The position numbers were made by a program, and so were the translations under genes. The notes below the pieces were generated by a model that did not search any database, was not told the DNA's origin, and was given only the letters and a program-made list of their open reading frames with translations. DNA of 64,000 nucleotides. It comes from an uncultured Pseudomonadales bacterium (GTDB lineage Bacteria; Pseudomonadota; Gammaproteobacteria; Pseudomonadales; JANQJO01). Positions 38,846-47,538 of this stretch are shown here, piece by piece. The stretch covers positions 9,272-73,271 of the forward strand of contig CAZECE010000042.1 in the NCBI GenBank assembly GCA_964510525.1. The letters are read 5' to 3'. Positions within the stretch are counted from its first letter, which is position 1; the number at the start of each line of letters is the position of its first letter.

Positions 38846-40276
38846 ATGCTCAAATCCAGTTTTCCATTTTACCTGGCTAATAAAGCCATTGTTCCTAATA
38901 CGGATTTAACTGTTTTCGATAAATACACTGGCGAAACCGTTACCCAAGTCGCCTTGGCTTCTGCTGAGCATATCGATCAAGCGATTGCTGCAGCCGAAGC
39001 CGCAACGAAACCCATGGCCAAGTTACCAGCCTATCATCGGGCGGAAGTGTTACATCATTGTGTTGCGCGTTTTAAAGAAAACTTTGAGTTGTTGGCGCAT
39101 GCGTTGTGTGTGGAGGCGGGTAAGCCGATTAACGATTCCGAAGGCGAAGTCTCGCGTTTGATAGATACCTTCCAAATGGCAGCCGAAGAGGCAACGCGCA
39201 TCACTGGGGAAGTGATGGCGTTAGACATTACTGAGCGTGCTAGAGGCTATCGAGGACAGTGGCGTCGGGTGCCGATTGGGCCTTGCTCGTTTATCTCACC
39301 CTTTAATTTTCCTCTCAATCTCGCGGCGCATAAGATTGCGCCTGCGATTGCAGCTGGTTGTCCCTTTGTGTTGAAACCTGCCAGCATGACGCCAATTGGT
39401 GCTTTATTGATAGGGGAGATTTTGGCGGAGACAGATTTGCCACAAGGCGCATTTTCAATTTTGCCATGCCGCCGGAGTGAGGCTGATTTATTCGTCGAAG
39501 ATCCTCGACTTAAACTGTTGAGTTTTACGGGTTCCCCTGGTGTCGGGTGGGGTTTAAAAGCACGAGCGGGTAAGAAGAAGGTTGTTTTGGAGTTGGGCGG
39601 TAATGCTGCATGCATTATCGATCAGGATGCCGATATTGACGATGCGGTTGCGCGTGTCATCATTGGGGCTTTTTATCAGTCGGGGCAAAGCTGTATCAGT
39701 GCGCAAAGAATTTTAATTCATGCATCGATTTATGAAGCGTTTAAAAGCCAGTTGGTTGCGGCGACGCAAAAACTCAAGCAGGGGAACCCTCAAAACCGTG
39801 AGACTTTTATTGGTCCGGTGATTTCGGAAACAGAAGCCGAACGCATCGAAACTTGGATTCAAACTGCGCAAGCTGCGGGTGGTCGGGTGCTGTGTGGTGG
39901 TACTCGAGAAGGCAATATGGTTGCTGCGACTTTAATGGAGGCCGTACCGGAAAACACCGACTTAGTGAATCAAGAAGCCTTTGGTCCGGTAGCGATACTG
40001 AGTCCTTTTGATGATTTTGATGAGGCCATTGCCAAGGTTAATGACAGCCAGTTTGGGTTGCAAGCTGGGGTGTTCACGAATAATTTAAAGCATGCCTATC
40101 GAGCCTGGGATGAGCTCGAAGCCGGGGGTGTGGTCATTGGGGATGTGCCTTCGTGGCGAGTGGACCACAGGCCTTATGGGGGCGTCAAAGACAGTGGTCT
40201 GGGTCGCGAGGGTATTCGTTTTGCGATTGAGGACATGACAGAAATTCGCCTGATGGTAATGCGTGGGGTTGAGTAA
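38846..40276 (+). CDS. aldehyde dehydrogenase family protein (non-phosphorylating GapN / lactaldehyde DH-like)
   Basis: Catalytic Glu context VVLELGGNAA and catalytic Cys context GQSCISAQRILIH. 476 aa. Confidence 0.88.
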   Translation: MLKSSFPFYLANKAIVPNTDLTVFDKYTGETVTQVALASAEHIDQAIAAAEAATKPMAKLPAYHRAEVLHHCVARFKENFELLAHALCVEAGKPINDSEGEVSRLIDTFQMAAEEATRITGEVMALDITERARGYRGQWRRVPIGPCSFISPFNFPLNLAAHKIAPAIAAGCPFVLKPASMTPIGALLIGEILAETDLPQGAFSILPCRRSEADLFVEDPRLKLLSFTGSPGVGWGLKARAGKKKVVLELGGNAACIIDQDADIDDAVARVIIGAFYQSGQSCISAQRILIHASIYEAFKSQLVAATQKLKQGNPQNRETFIGPVISETEAERIETWIQTAQAAGGRVLCGGTREGNMVAATLMEAVPENTDLVNQEAFGPVAILSPFDDFDEAIAKVNDSQFGLQAGVFTNNLKHAYRAWDELEAGGVVIGDVPSWRVDHRPYGGVKDSGLGREGIRFAIEDMTEIRLMVMRGVE

Positions 40277-40280
40277 ATTT

Positions 40281-41147
40281 CTAGATGGGTTTAACGAACT
40301 TCAATGTCATGCGGTCACTTTCGCCAATAGCCACGTATTTTTCCCTGTCTTCTTCTCCGCCGCGAACTCTGGGCGGTAAGCTCCAAACGCCTTTCGGGTG
40401 ATCCGCTGTGTCTTTGGGGTTGGCGTTGAGTTCGCTGATTTCGGGTGCTGAGAAACCAACTTGTTGGGCGATTTGAATCACGTAACTTTGTTTCATATAG
40501 CCGCTGGCGTCTTGATCAGAAAGGTCACGACCTTCTGGTAAGCGGTGTTCTACGATGCCTAAGATGCCTCCGGGTTTTAGGGCGGTGAAAAAGGCGTTGA
40601 ACGCCGCTAGTAATGTTTCTTCTCCAGCACCACGCATGTACCAGTTGTGTACATTGCGGAACGTCAGAACTCGGTCAGCAGAGCCAGCAGGCGCGATCTC
40701 GGTATGGCTGCGTGGGTTGAATTCGGTGACGATGACTTTGCTGTAAAGCCCTGGGTTTGAGTTCATTTTAGCGAGGAACTTGTCACGGGATTTTTTGAAA
40801 TACTCGACCGTGGTGTCTTGGTTAAACTGGGCCGCGTAGAGTGTTCCTGTGTCTTTTAGGTAAGGCGCTAGGATTTCGGTGTACCAGCCAGAGCCGCCGG
40901 GCCAGATTTCAACGACGGTCATGTCGGGTTGAACATCAAAAAAGGCAAGGGTAGCTGCGGGGTTTCGAAATGGATCGCGGGCTTTGTGTTCTTTTGCTCG
41001 GTGACTGCCTTTGATGATGTTTTCTAAAGTAGTGTTTGTTGAGGCTTTACCGGCGTTGGCTGTGTTCGGTTTTTCTGATGGTGTGCAGGCGGTTAGGCAG
41101 AGTGCGAGCAAGAGGGGGAGAGAGGTTCGAGAGATGAATGGTTTCAT
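40281..41147 (-). CDS. class I SAM-dependent methyltransferase-fold lipoprotein (exported)
   Basis: Lipobox LLALCLTAC at the N-terminus, then a Rossmann MTase fold (VVEIWPGGSGWYTEILA...LKPGGILGIVEH). Confidence 0.7.
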   Translation of the reverse strand: MKPFISRTSLPLLLALCLTACTPSEKPNTANAGKASTNTTLENIIKGSHRAKEHKARDPFRNPAATLAFFDVQPDMTVVEIWPGGSGWYTEILAPYLKDTGTLYAAQFNQDTTVEYFKKSRDKFLAKMNSNPGLYSKVIVTEFNPRSHTEIAPAGSADRVLTFRNVHNWYMRGAGEETLLAAFNAFFTALKPGGILGIVEHRLPEGRDLSDQDASGYMKQSYVIQIAQQVGFSAPEISELNANPKDTADHPKGVWSLPPRVRGGEEDREKYVAIGESDRMTLKFVKPI

Positions 41148-41262
41148 GTAAGCGCCGCTTGTTTGTGTTTGATTATGTCAATTGACTGACTAGATTATCA
41201 GGGGAGATGCCAGAGCGCATTTAGTCACAGTTTGATGATGATGACAAGTTGGCGGTCGATAA

Positions 41263-41547
41263 TTAAGGGCGCTTTGGACGAGGCGGGGGGTTGACGGGAA
41301 AAAGAATGCGGCCTGCTTTGATGGTGGTTTTTTTGGGGATCGAGGGGTTGGCCAGTTGGCCGGTAAGCGCTGCTTCGAAGTTGGCAGGGTTTTTGTTCGG
41401 TGTTTCGCCTGGCTTGAACATTGAGTAGGATGCTGAATGGGTATAGCTGTTATTGCTGGGAGCTAATAGATTACTGGTGGGTGATGTGAACTCAGCAAAG
41501 GTCGCCATTACAATAACGAAACTGCCATTAATTAAGAGTTGAATCAT
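41263..41547 (-). CDS. small hypothetical protein with N-terminal hydrophobic segment
   Basis: 94-aa ORF in an otherwise empty intergenic gap. No motif recognised, so coding status is uncertain. Confidence 0.3.
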   Translation of the reverse strand: MIQLLINGSFVIVMATFAEFTSPTSNLLAPSNNSYTHSASYSMFKPGETPNKNPANFEAALTGQLANPSIPKKTTIKAGRILFPVNPPPRPKRP

Positions 41548-41663
41548 GTTTTCCTTAATAAATATTATTTATACATTTCCACTTTAAGATTAACTGCACA
41601 ATACTCCAATTTTTAGTTATGAAGTATTGAGGTTTGGTAGTGGGGTTGTAACCGGTAGGTGTA

Positions 41664-42536
41664 TCAGTCTTTTAAGAGCTGTATGACTTCAGAGATTTCG
41701 TTTTTTGCTTCTTTAATCACTTCTAAGCTGGTCTCAGGAGTGAGCTTCAATTTTTTAAACGCAGGCACTTGGTGCCAAGCAAGTGAGGCCAGTGGGTGAT
41801 CGGTGTTGCGAACCACATGGAGTTTAGCAACCAAGACGATGTCTGCGTAATCAATGAGTCCCTCGTGCTCTCTCTCTGTTTTTTGAATCTGTAAAGGTAC
41901 AGCAGAAACGCCCGGGTTTAAATTCCAATTTTGCAAAATCCATTGGCTGAGTTGAGGGCTCAGTTGGCGGATTGCATCGTCTAAAACTTCGGGGTTTTTC
42001 GGCTTGCCAAATTTTTTGGCGCAGAGCTGAATAATGGGGATGGCCCCGATGTCTTGCACCAAACCCACCATCAAGGCTTCTGAGCTGTCCAGGTGCCTGT
42101 GTGGTCGGCTTAACACCTCGCTGATGGCGCCAATTTTAATGCTTTCGTTCCAAACTTTCCGCATTCGGTTGCGCACCCAGCTTTTGTCCGCGCCACCAAA
42201 CATAGCCGACATGGTCAGGCTGAACACCAGGTTCTGAATGCACGTCATGCCCAGTCGGGTAACAGCATGATCGATGTCTTTGATGACATTTAAACCACGA
42301 AACAGTGGGCTATTAGCTGCTTGAATTAAGCGGCCGGTGAGAACAGGGTCGGTACTGAGAAACTTGGCAATTTTTTGGGTGTTGGTGTCCGGATCTTCGA
42401 TGAGTTTTTTGATTTTTTGGGTGTTCTCAGGTAACGAAGGCAAAGTGAAGTTCTTGGCCATCACTGATTTCCGGATCTCTTCGATCAAAGGATTCGATGA
42501 AGGGCCGCTGTCTTGAGTGCTTGCAGTTTGTGGCAT
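41664..42536 (-). CDS. HDOD domain protein
   Basis: LPSLPE....I..L..DP......IA.....DP.LT.R.....NS.LF, plus downstream HD-like helices typical of HDOD. Confidence 0.8.
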   Translation of the reverse strand: MPQTASTQDSGPSSNPLIEEIRKSVMAKNFTLPSLPENTQKIKKLIEDPDTNTQKIAKFLSTDPVLTGRLIQAANSPLFRGLNVIKDIDHAVTRLGMTCIQNLVFSLTMSAMFGGADKSWVRNRMRKVWNESIKIGAISEVLSRPHRHLDSSEALMVGLVQDIGAIPIIQLCAKKFGKPKNPEVLDDAIRQLSPQLSQWILQNWNLNPGVSAVPLQIQKTEREHEGLIDYADIVLVAKLHVVRNTDHPLASLAWHQVPAFKKLKLTPETSLEVIKEAKNEISEVIQLLKD

Positions 42537-42583
42537 AATGATTTTGGTCTTAGTTTGTTCTCTTTCGACTCCTTAAGTTTAGT

Positions 42584-43063
42584 CTAAATTTTCTGGAGTG
42601 ATCGGTTTTGCAGCTCATACTGTGCTTCGGATAACACCAGTAATTGGTTTTTGATGTCATTCCAAAGCCTTTTTAGTGGTGTATTAGCTGACGTAAAGCA
42701 GCGAATACCGCAATGTTGTTGCAGAAAGGTCGATGCATTGTGTTCAGATAGCTGCCGGCTTTGGCTGAGTGCTTTTAATAACGATAATACCCAATGGTTG
42801 GCGCTGGCTGTTTTTACATAGCGAATTTGTTGCTTAATAAGGAACTCTTCTAATTTAGCTGGGTCTTGTATGCGCAAGGTTCTGGCGAGCACTGTTTCCG
42901 TAATGCACTCAATGCGCTGCCAAACCAGCGTTTTGTGCTCTGGCTTGTATTGATTCCATTGGATGATTTCATTGTGAAATCGCTGGCAGCCACGACAAAC
43001 GGGGTCGCCATAGGTGGTTGAGCAAAGGCCAATACAGGGGGAGGGAATGCGAGTGGGTGACAT
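42584..43063 (-). CDS. DUF1289 domain protein with ~100-aa C-terminal extension
   Basis: SPCIGLCSTTYGDPVCRGCQRFHNEIIQW matches the DUF1289 Cys motif. Confidence 0.7.
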   Translation of the reverse strand: MSPTRIPSPCIGLCSTTYGDPVCRGCQRFHNEIIQWNQYKPEHKTLVWQRIECITETVLARTLRIQDPAKLEEFLIKQQIRYVKTASANHWVLSLLKALSQSRQLSEHNASTFLQQHCGIRCFTSANTPLKRLWNDIKNQLLVLSEAQYELQNRSLQKI

Positions 43064-43161
43064 GGCTTGATTGTTTTATAAACGTGGTTGAATTGAATCT
43101 GAGAGAGATTTTCCTATCTCGACAAGGTACAATCCAGCGTTTTCTTTCTGAGGGTAAGGTT

Positions 43162-43791
43162 ATGATGAAAAAGTTAGGGGTAGGGGTATTTTCGGCGTTG
43201 TTTTTAACAGCATGTGCGACAGATCCGTATACGGGCGAGCGGAAACCAAGTAAAGCGGCTATTGGAGCCGTTGCTGGGGCTGTGGTTGGTGCTGCCACGT
43301 CAAGTAAAAGCGACCGAGGCAAAGGGGCTCTGATTGGGGCGGCTGTTGGTGGTGGCGCCGGGTACTATATGGATCGTCAAGAGCAGAAGTTGCGCCAGAC
43401 GTTGCAGGATACTGGGGTGAGTGTATCGCGCACGGGTGACATGATTGTGTTGAACATGCCTGGTCATTTAACCTTTGCGACCAATCGATCGGATATTCAA
43501 TCCTCTTTTTTCCCAGTGTTGAACTCAGTGGCGCTGGTGTTTAAAGAGTTCAAAAACTCTAACATTAAGGTATCTGGCCACACCGATAGCCAGGGGTCCG
43601 ATGGGTACAATCAAACATTATCTGAACAAAGAGCCAGCAGTGTTGCGGATTATTTAATGGCTCAGTCCATTGCCCCGGCTCGTTTTTATGTGGTTGGATA
43701 TGGTGAGTCTCGTCCTATTGCCAGCAATGCTTCAGAGCAAGGTCGTGCTCAAAATAGACGTGTAGAAATCGAAATTTTGCCAGCTCAATAA
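43162..43791 (+). CDS. OmpA-family lipoprotein with glycine-zipper segment (YiaD-like)
   Basis: Start moved to ATG 43162 (MMKKLGVGVFSALFLTAC lipobox). Gly-zipper GAVAGAVVGAA...GAAVGGGAG. OmpA-C domain (GHTDSQGSDGYNQTLSEQRA..V..YL). Confidence 0.85.
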   Translation: MMKKLGVGVFSALFLTACATDPYTGERKPSKAAIGAVAGAVVGAATSSKSDRGKGALIGAAVGGGAGYYMDRQEQKLRQTLQDTGVSVSRTGDMIVLNMPGHLTFATNRSDIQSSFFPVLNSVALVFKEFKNSNIKVSGHTDSQGSDGYNQTLSEQRASSVADYLMAQSIAPARFYVVGYGESRPIASNASEQGRAQNRRVEIEILPAQ

Positions 43792-43885
43792 CTTTGTATA
43801 GTCAGCGGGATTACAGCCAGCGATTTAAATTCAGATGACCGTTTTAACTTAGGCAACCCGCGGTGGGCAATCTGCCGTGGGTTTG

Positions 43886-45250
43886 TTAAATGATTTGCTC
43901 TAGATCGAAGTGATCGTCTTGCAACGATGGCGGGATTTTTTCCTGACTGAGTTGCGCTAAGATGTCCATGCTTTCATTCAAAGAGTTGTCTCCAAGGTGC
44001 TTGGATTCGTCATTGATTAAAGTCAGTTGGCGGTATAACTTTTTCATCTGCCATAGCAACTCAGTGTACATAAGGCCTATTTCTTCTATCTCACTGAACA
44101 TTTCGGATGAGGCGGTTTCCAGGCCGTGTTGAATCCAGCGTTTGATCCCGAGATTAAACAGCCCTGAGCTTTTGACAATGTATAAAATATGCAGATATAT
44201 CTTTTGGGCGCATTGGCGAGGTTTTTCGGCGGTGTTCGTTGGGATGCAGGCCATGATGTCATTGATGGAGCGTGCCCAGGCGGTTAGCAAATCATATTCG
44301 GATAAAAGGCGTTGACAATAATCAGGCATTTCTTCGTCGCTTTTTCGTCGCTTGACAGTCAGTTCGGCTTTGTTGATTAATGAGGCTATTGCCGTGTAGT
44401 TTTTGTACATGTACATGCGTTGATTAATTTGAAGAAAGGGTTGTAGGCATTTTAAGTTGGTTGATTCTTTGCTTCCTTTAAACCTTAATGGGTGGAGCGT
44501 GTCGCAGATCGCAATGATCTGGCCAGCGGGTATCAGTCTTTCTTCAATTCTGCCAGCAGGGTACCCAGTGCCATCACAGCTTTCGTGATGTTCTAATATG
44601 GCACGAGGAATGATTTTATGGATCCCGGATATCGATTTCGTAATGGCATGCCCAATGACCGTGTGGTTTTGCATGGTGCGCCATTCTTTTGAGTCGTATT
44701 GGCCTGTTTTGTTAACGATTTCTGGTGGGATATGAAGTAAGCCAATATCATGGCACAGAGCAGCTATAAAAATGGCGCTGGCTTCAGAGGGCGGAAGTTG
44801 GAGTTTTTGAGAGATGCCTATCGATAGCCAGGCGCAAAAGCAGCCTTTTTCAAAGGCCTTTGGAATTTGACTGGCTAGAACCGTGAGCATTTGTTGTAAT
44901 GTTTTGTGTTTTGCATACAGGTTGCACATGGCTTTTAGAGGGCGATCGATTTGGTTTTGTGTGTGTATGGCCATTAAGTCATCATGGTTTTTTATCCATT
45001 CAGATATGTGGTTATAAAGCTTTTCGCCATTGTATCCATCTTTGATGTGTACACTGTCTTGCAGTGGTTTCATTAAGCGGTGTTTGATAAGCTTTTCGGT
45101 GACACCGGGGGCTAAGCTTTCGCCACTTTTTACCAACAAAGCGCCTTTTTGGTTGTAGATATTCTCTGAGGTCACCACGTTCTTGGTTTTATTTAAATCC
45201 GACAGGTGTTTGGCATAGGAGTCGGGTTTAAGTGGGTCAAACTCGTTCAT
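43886..45250 (-). CDS. HD-GYP domain phosphodiesterase-like protein
   Basis: HDIGLLHIP and HHESCDGTGYP motifs. Start set at ATG 45250 (MNEFDPLK...). Confidence 0.85.
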   Translation of the reverse strand: MNEFDPLKPDSYAKHLSDLNKTKNVVTSENIYNQKGALLVKSGESLAPGVTEKLIKHRLMKPLQDSVHIKDGYNGEKLYNHISEWIKNHDDLMAIHTQNQIDRPLKAMCNLYAKHKTLQQMLTVLASQIPKAFEKGCFCAWLSIGISQKLQLPPSEASAIFIAALCHDIGLLHIPPEIVNKTGQYDSKEWRTMQNHTVIGHAITKSISGIHKIIPRAILEHHESCDGTGYPAGRIEERLIPAGQIIAICDTLHPLRFKGSKESTNLKCLQPFLQINQRMYMYKNYTAIASLINKAELTVKRRKSDEEMPDYCQRLLSEYDLLTAWARSINDIMACIPTNTAEKPRQCAQKIYLHILYIVKSSGLFNLGIKRWIQHGLETASSEMFSEIEEIGLMYTELLWQMKKLYRQLTLINDESKHLGDNSLNESMDILAQLSQEKIPPSLQDDHFDLEQII

Positions 45251-45314
45251 GGGTCGCCTAATTAATGGTAACGATGTACTCAGTATATGCCTTGTTGAGG
45301 TTGAATGATGAAGT

Positions 45315-46712
45315 TTGGAGGGCGTCCGTATTAAGATCATTTTGTTGTTTATGAGTTTACTGTGTTGGTCAGTGAGTGTGTCTGCTGCTTCGGTATCTGA
45401 AGAATCCTTGGGTCATGAGTGGGCTGATCGCCATCAATTGGTTGTGATTACGGCAGAGCAGGCGTCGGCTCACTTATCGATATCGGATGTTACATTAATG
45501 GCTGTTCGCTCAGGTCGTTTAGAGTCGATCCCTTTTCAAATCGATGAAGTTGACCAAGAAGGGTTCGTTTACTTCTCAGAGACGGGTATTCCTCATTCCG
45601 GCTTACAGGATGTCTGGGATGGGTTGGATGAGTTGGTGTTTATGTTAAAGGACGCGAGTCCTGAGAGGCTGGTTAGAAGGGGTCATAATGAGAATGTTTC
45701 TTCAGGCGCACCAGGTGCTGTGGACACACCTGTTATAGACGCTGATATAGGTAAGGTTTTGGCTGAAGTGTCGACTGAATTCAATAATGGTGTAAAGGGT
45801 TACGTTTACTTGGTTCAGGGGGAGCCAAGTCAAGGAGGGGGTGATTATGTGCGATATGACCGAGAGGCTTATGTTGCTGAAAGCGATTGGTATCGACTGA
45901 CTTCACGAGCGGATAACCCGATTGAGTTGCAGGATTTGAGTTATCGTGACGATAGATTACCAGAAGCATCTTTATTGGACACGGTTAAAATGTGGATTAC
46001 TGGACACAGCGTTGGTGGTGTGACCCAGATGACGATTACCAATCGTAATTTTCGAGCCGAGGTGGTTGACGTTAAGGCGGGAGCTATTCGAGCGAATGTG
46101 CAGTTAAAAGCCCAGCTCTCAGTCGCCAAAATTCCGATTATGAACTTTTGGATAAAGTATCAGTTTACCCCTTCAGGTTTGAGAGCCGTATCTCGGGCGG
46201 AAATTCCTAATTGGATGCCGATGTTTTTGTATCGCACGTCCGTTGGTTTATCGATGGATGCGAATGATTTGAGAGGGAGCCAAGTGTATGCTTATTCCGA
46301 CTCGGATCAATTATTGGTTGGGGAGGTCGATGGCGAATTGTCGCAAGCTGAGGTTCGCATGCAAAGCGCGGCGCTGTCTTCTGAAAACCCTTGGTGGATG
46401 CTGGTCAGCCCAAGAAACTTTCAAGTGTTGGCGCGGATGAAGATCCCAACGCAATACGAAACGCCGATCAATTTGATTTATCAGGACGATGTTTTATTAA
46501 AAGTATCTCCGGAGCGTTATGTTGGGCAATTGCCAAATATTGGCTTTCAAGTGTCGAGAATTCCACTTAAAGGTGTTTATACCATGGTGTTTGATCTTTA
46601 CTTTGATAATGTTGACTCACGCTTGAATCCACGGGCGTACGTTGAATCAAAATTAACACCGACTCAATATGATTGGCGCTGGTTAACTGAACACAGACAG
46701 CTTTCAGACTGA
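45315..46712 (+). CDS. hypothetical secreted protein (465 aa)
   Basis: Signal peptide (IILLFMSLLCWSVSVSAAS). No recognised family. It diverges from the HD-GYP gene across a 64-bp spacer. The start (TTG 45315 or ATG 45351) is uncertain. Confidence 0.55.
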   Translation: MEGVRIKIILLFMSLLCWSVSVSAASVSEESLGHEWADRHQLVVITAEQASAHLSISDVTLMAVRSGRLESIPFQIDEVDQEGFVYFSETGIPHSGLQDVWDGLDELVFMLKDASPERLVRRGHNENVSSGAPGAVDTPVIDADIGKVLAEVSTEFNNGVKGYVYLVQGEPSQGGGDYVRYDREAYVAESDWYRLTSRADNPIELQDLSYRDDRLPEASLLDTVKMWITGHSVGGVTQMTITNRNFRAEVVDVKAGAIRANVQLKAQLSVAKIPIMNFWIKYQFTPSGLRAVSRAEIPNWMPMFLYRTSVGLSMDANDLRGSQVYAYSDSDQLLVGEVDGELSQAEVRMQSAALSSENPWWMLVSPRNFQVLARMKIPTQYETPINLIYQDDVLLKVSPERYVGQLPNIGFQVSRIPLKGVYTMVFDLYFDNVDSRLNPRAYVESKLTPTQYDWRWLTEHRQLSD

Positions 46713-46714
46713 AT

Positions 46715-47464
46715 TTATTTTTTGCTCATGAACTTCATAAAGGCCGTCATGGCTTCTGGGGATTTTAAACAAGCGGAAAATTCTTTGGCTTCTTTATTGA
46801 TTTGTTCAATGAGTCCTTTATTTAGGTGTTCTCGAATCAGTGCTCGACTGATTTTAAGAGCATTGGCTGGTTTTGATGCTAGGGTCTTGGCGGCCTCTAG
46901 CGCTAAAGACTGATAGCGATCGGATGCAGCGACCTCGTTAACCAGTCCCCAGCTTTTTGCGGTTTCTGCGTTTAACGAATTTCCTAGTAGTAACAGTTCC
47001 GCAGCTCGGGTGACACCGATCATTCTAGGGAGCAGCAGGCTGGCTCCGGCTTCTGGGCACAAACCAAGATCGACAAAGGGCATTTTGAGGAGCGCATTTT
47101 CTCCAAGGTAGACCAAATCGCAGTGCAATAAAACCGTTGCTCCAATACCGACACAAGGACCATTGGCGGCCACAACAAAGGGCTTCTCGTTGTGCGCTAG
47201 CGCATGCAAGAAGTGTAATATGGGATTGTCTTCTAGCAGGCTGGGGGCTTGAATAAAATCTTGGATATCGTTACCCGCGCAAAAGCAGTCGGTATGGCCG
47301 GTTAAAAAAATACAAGCCACTTGATCGTTGTTTTGAGCTTCATTGACAAGTTGAGCCATTTCGCTGTACATGGCTTGAGTGAGCGCGTTCTTTTTTTCTG
47401 CTCGGTTTAAGGTGATTTGCAGTACGTTGTCAGTGAGTTGGTGTTGAATGAATTCGGTTGTCAT
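46715..47464 (-). CDS. enoyl-CoA hydratase/isomerase family protein
   Basis: Crotonase fold motifs (LNRAEKKNAL, FCAGNDI, VAANGPCVGIGATVLLHCD). Confidence 0.88.
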   Translation of the reverse strand: MTTEFIQHQLTDNVLQITLNRAEKKNALTQAMYSEMAQLVNEAQNNDQVACIFLTGHTDCFCAGNDIQDFIQAPSLLEDNPILHFLHALAHNEKPFVVAANGPCVGIGATVLLHCDLVYLGENALLKMPFVDLGLCPEAGASLLLPRMIGVTRAAELLLLGNSLNAETAKSWGLVNEVAASDRYQSLALEAAKTLASKPANALKISRALIREHLNKGLIEQINKEAKEFSACLKSPEAMTAFMKFMSKK

Positions 47465-47538
47465 GGCGTTCTTCCTAGGGCCTACATTAGGTCGCTCATC
47501 TTAACGTATCGAATGAGTTGTTGCCAAATGTCAGCGAC

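Noticed and set aside
43018-43161. 48-aa N-terminal extension of the OmpA-like ORF
   Set aside because: It overlaps the divergent DUF1289 gene start. ATG 43162 gives a textbook lipoprotein signal peptide.
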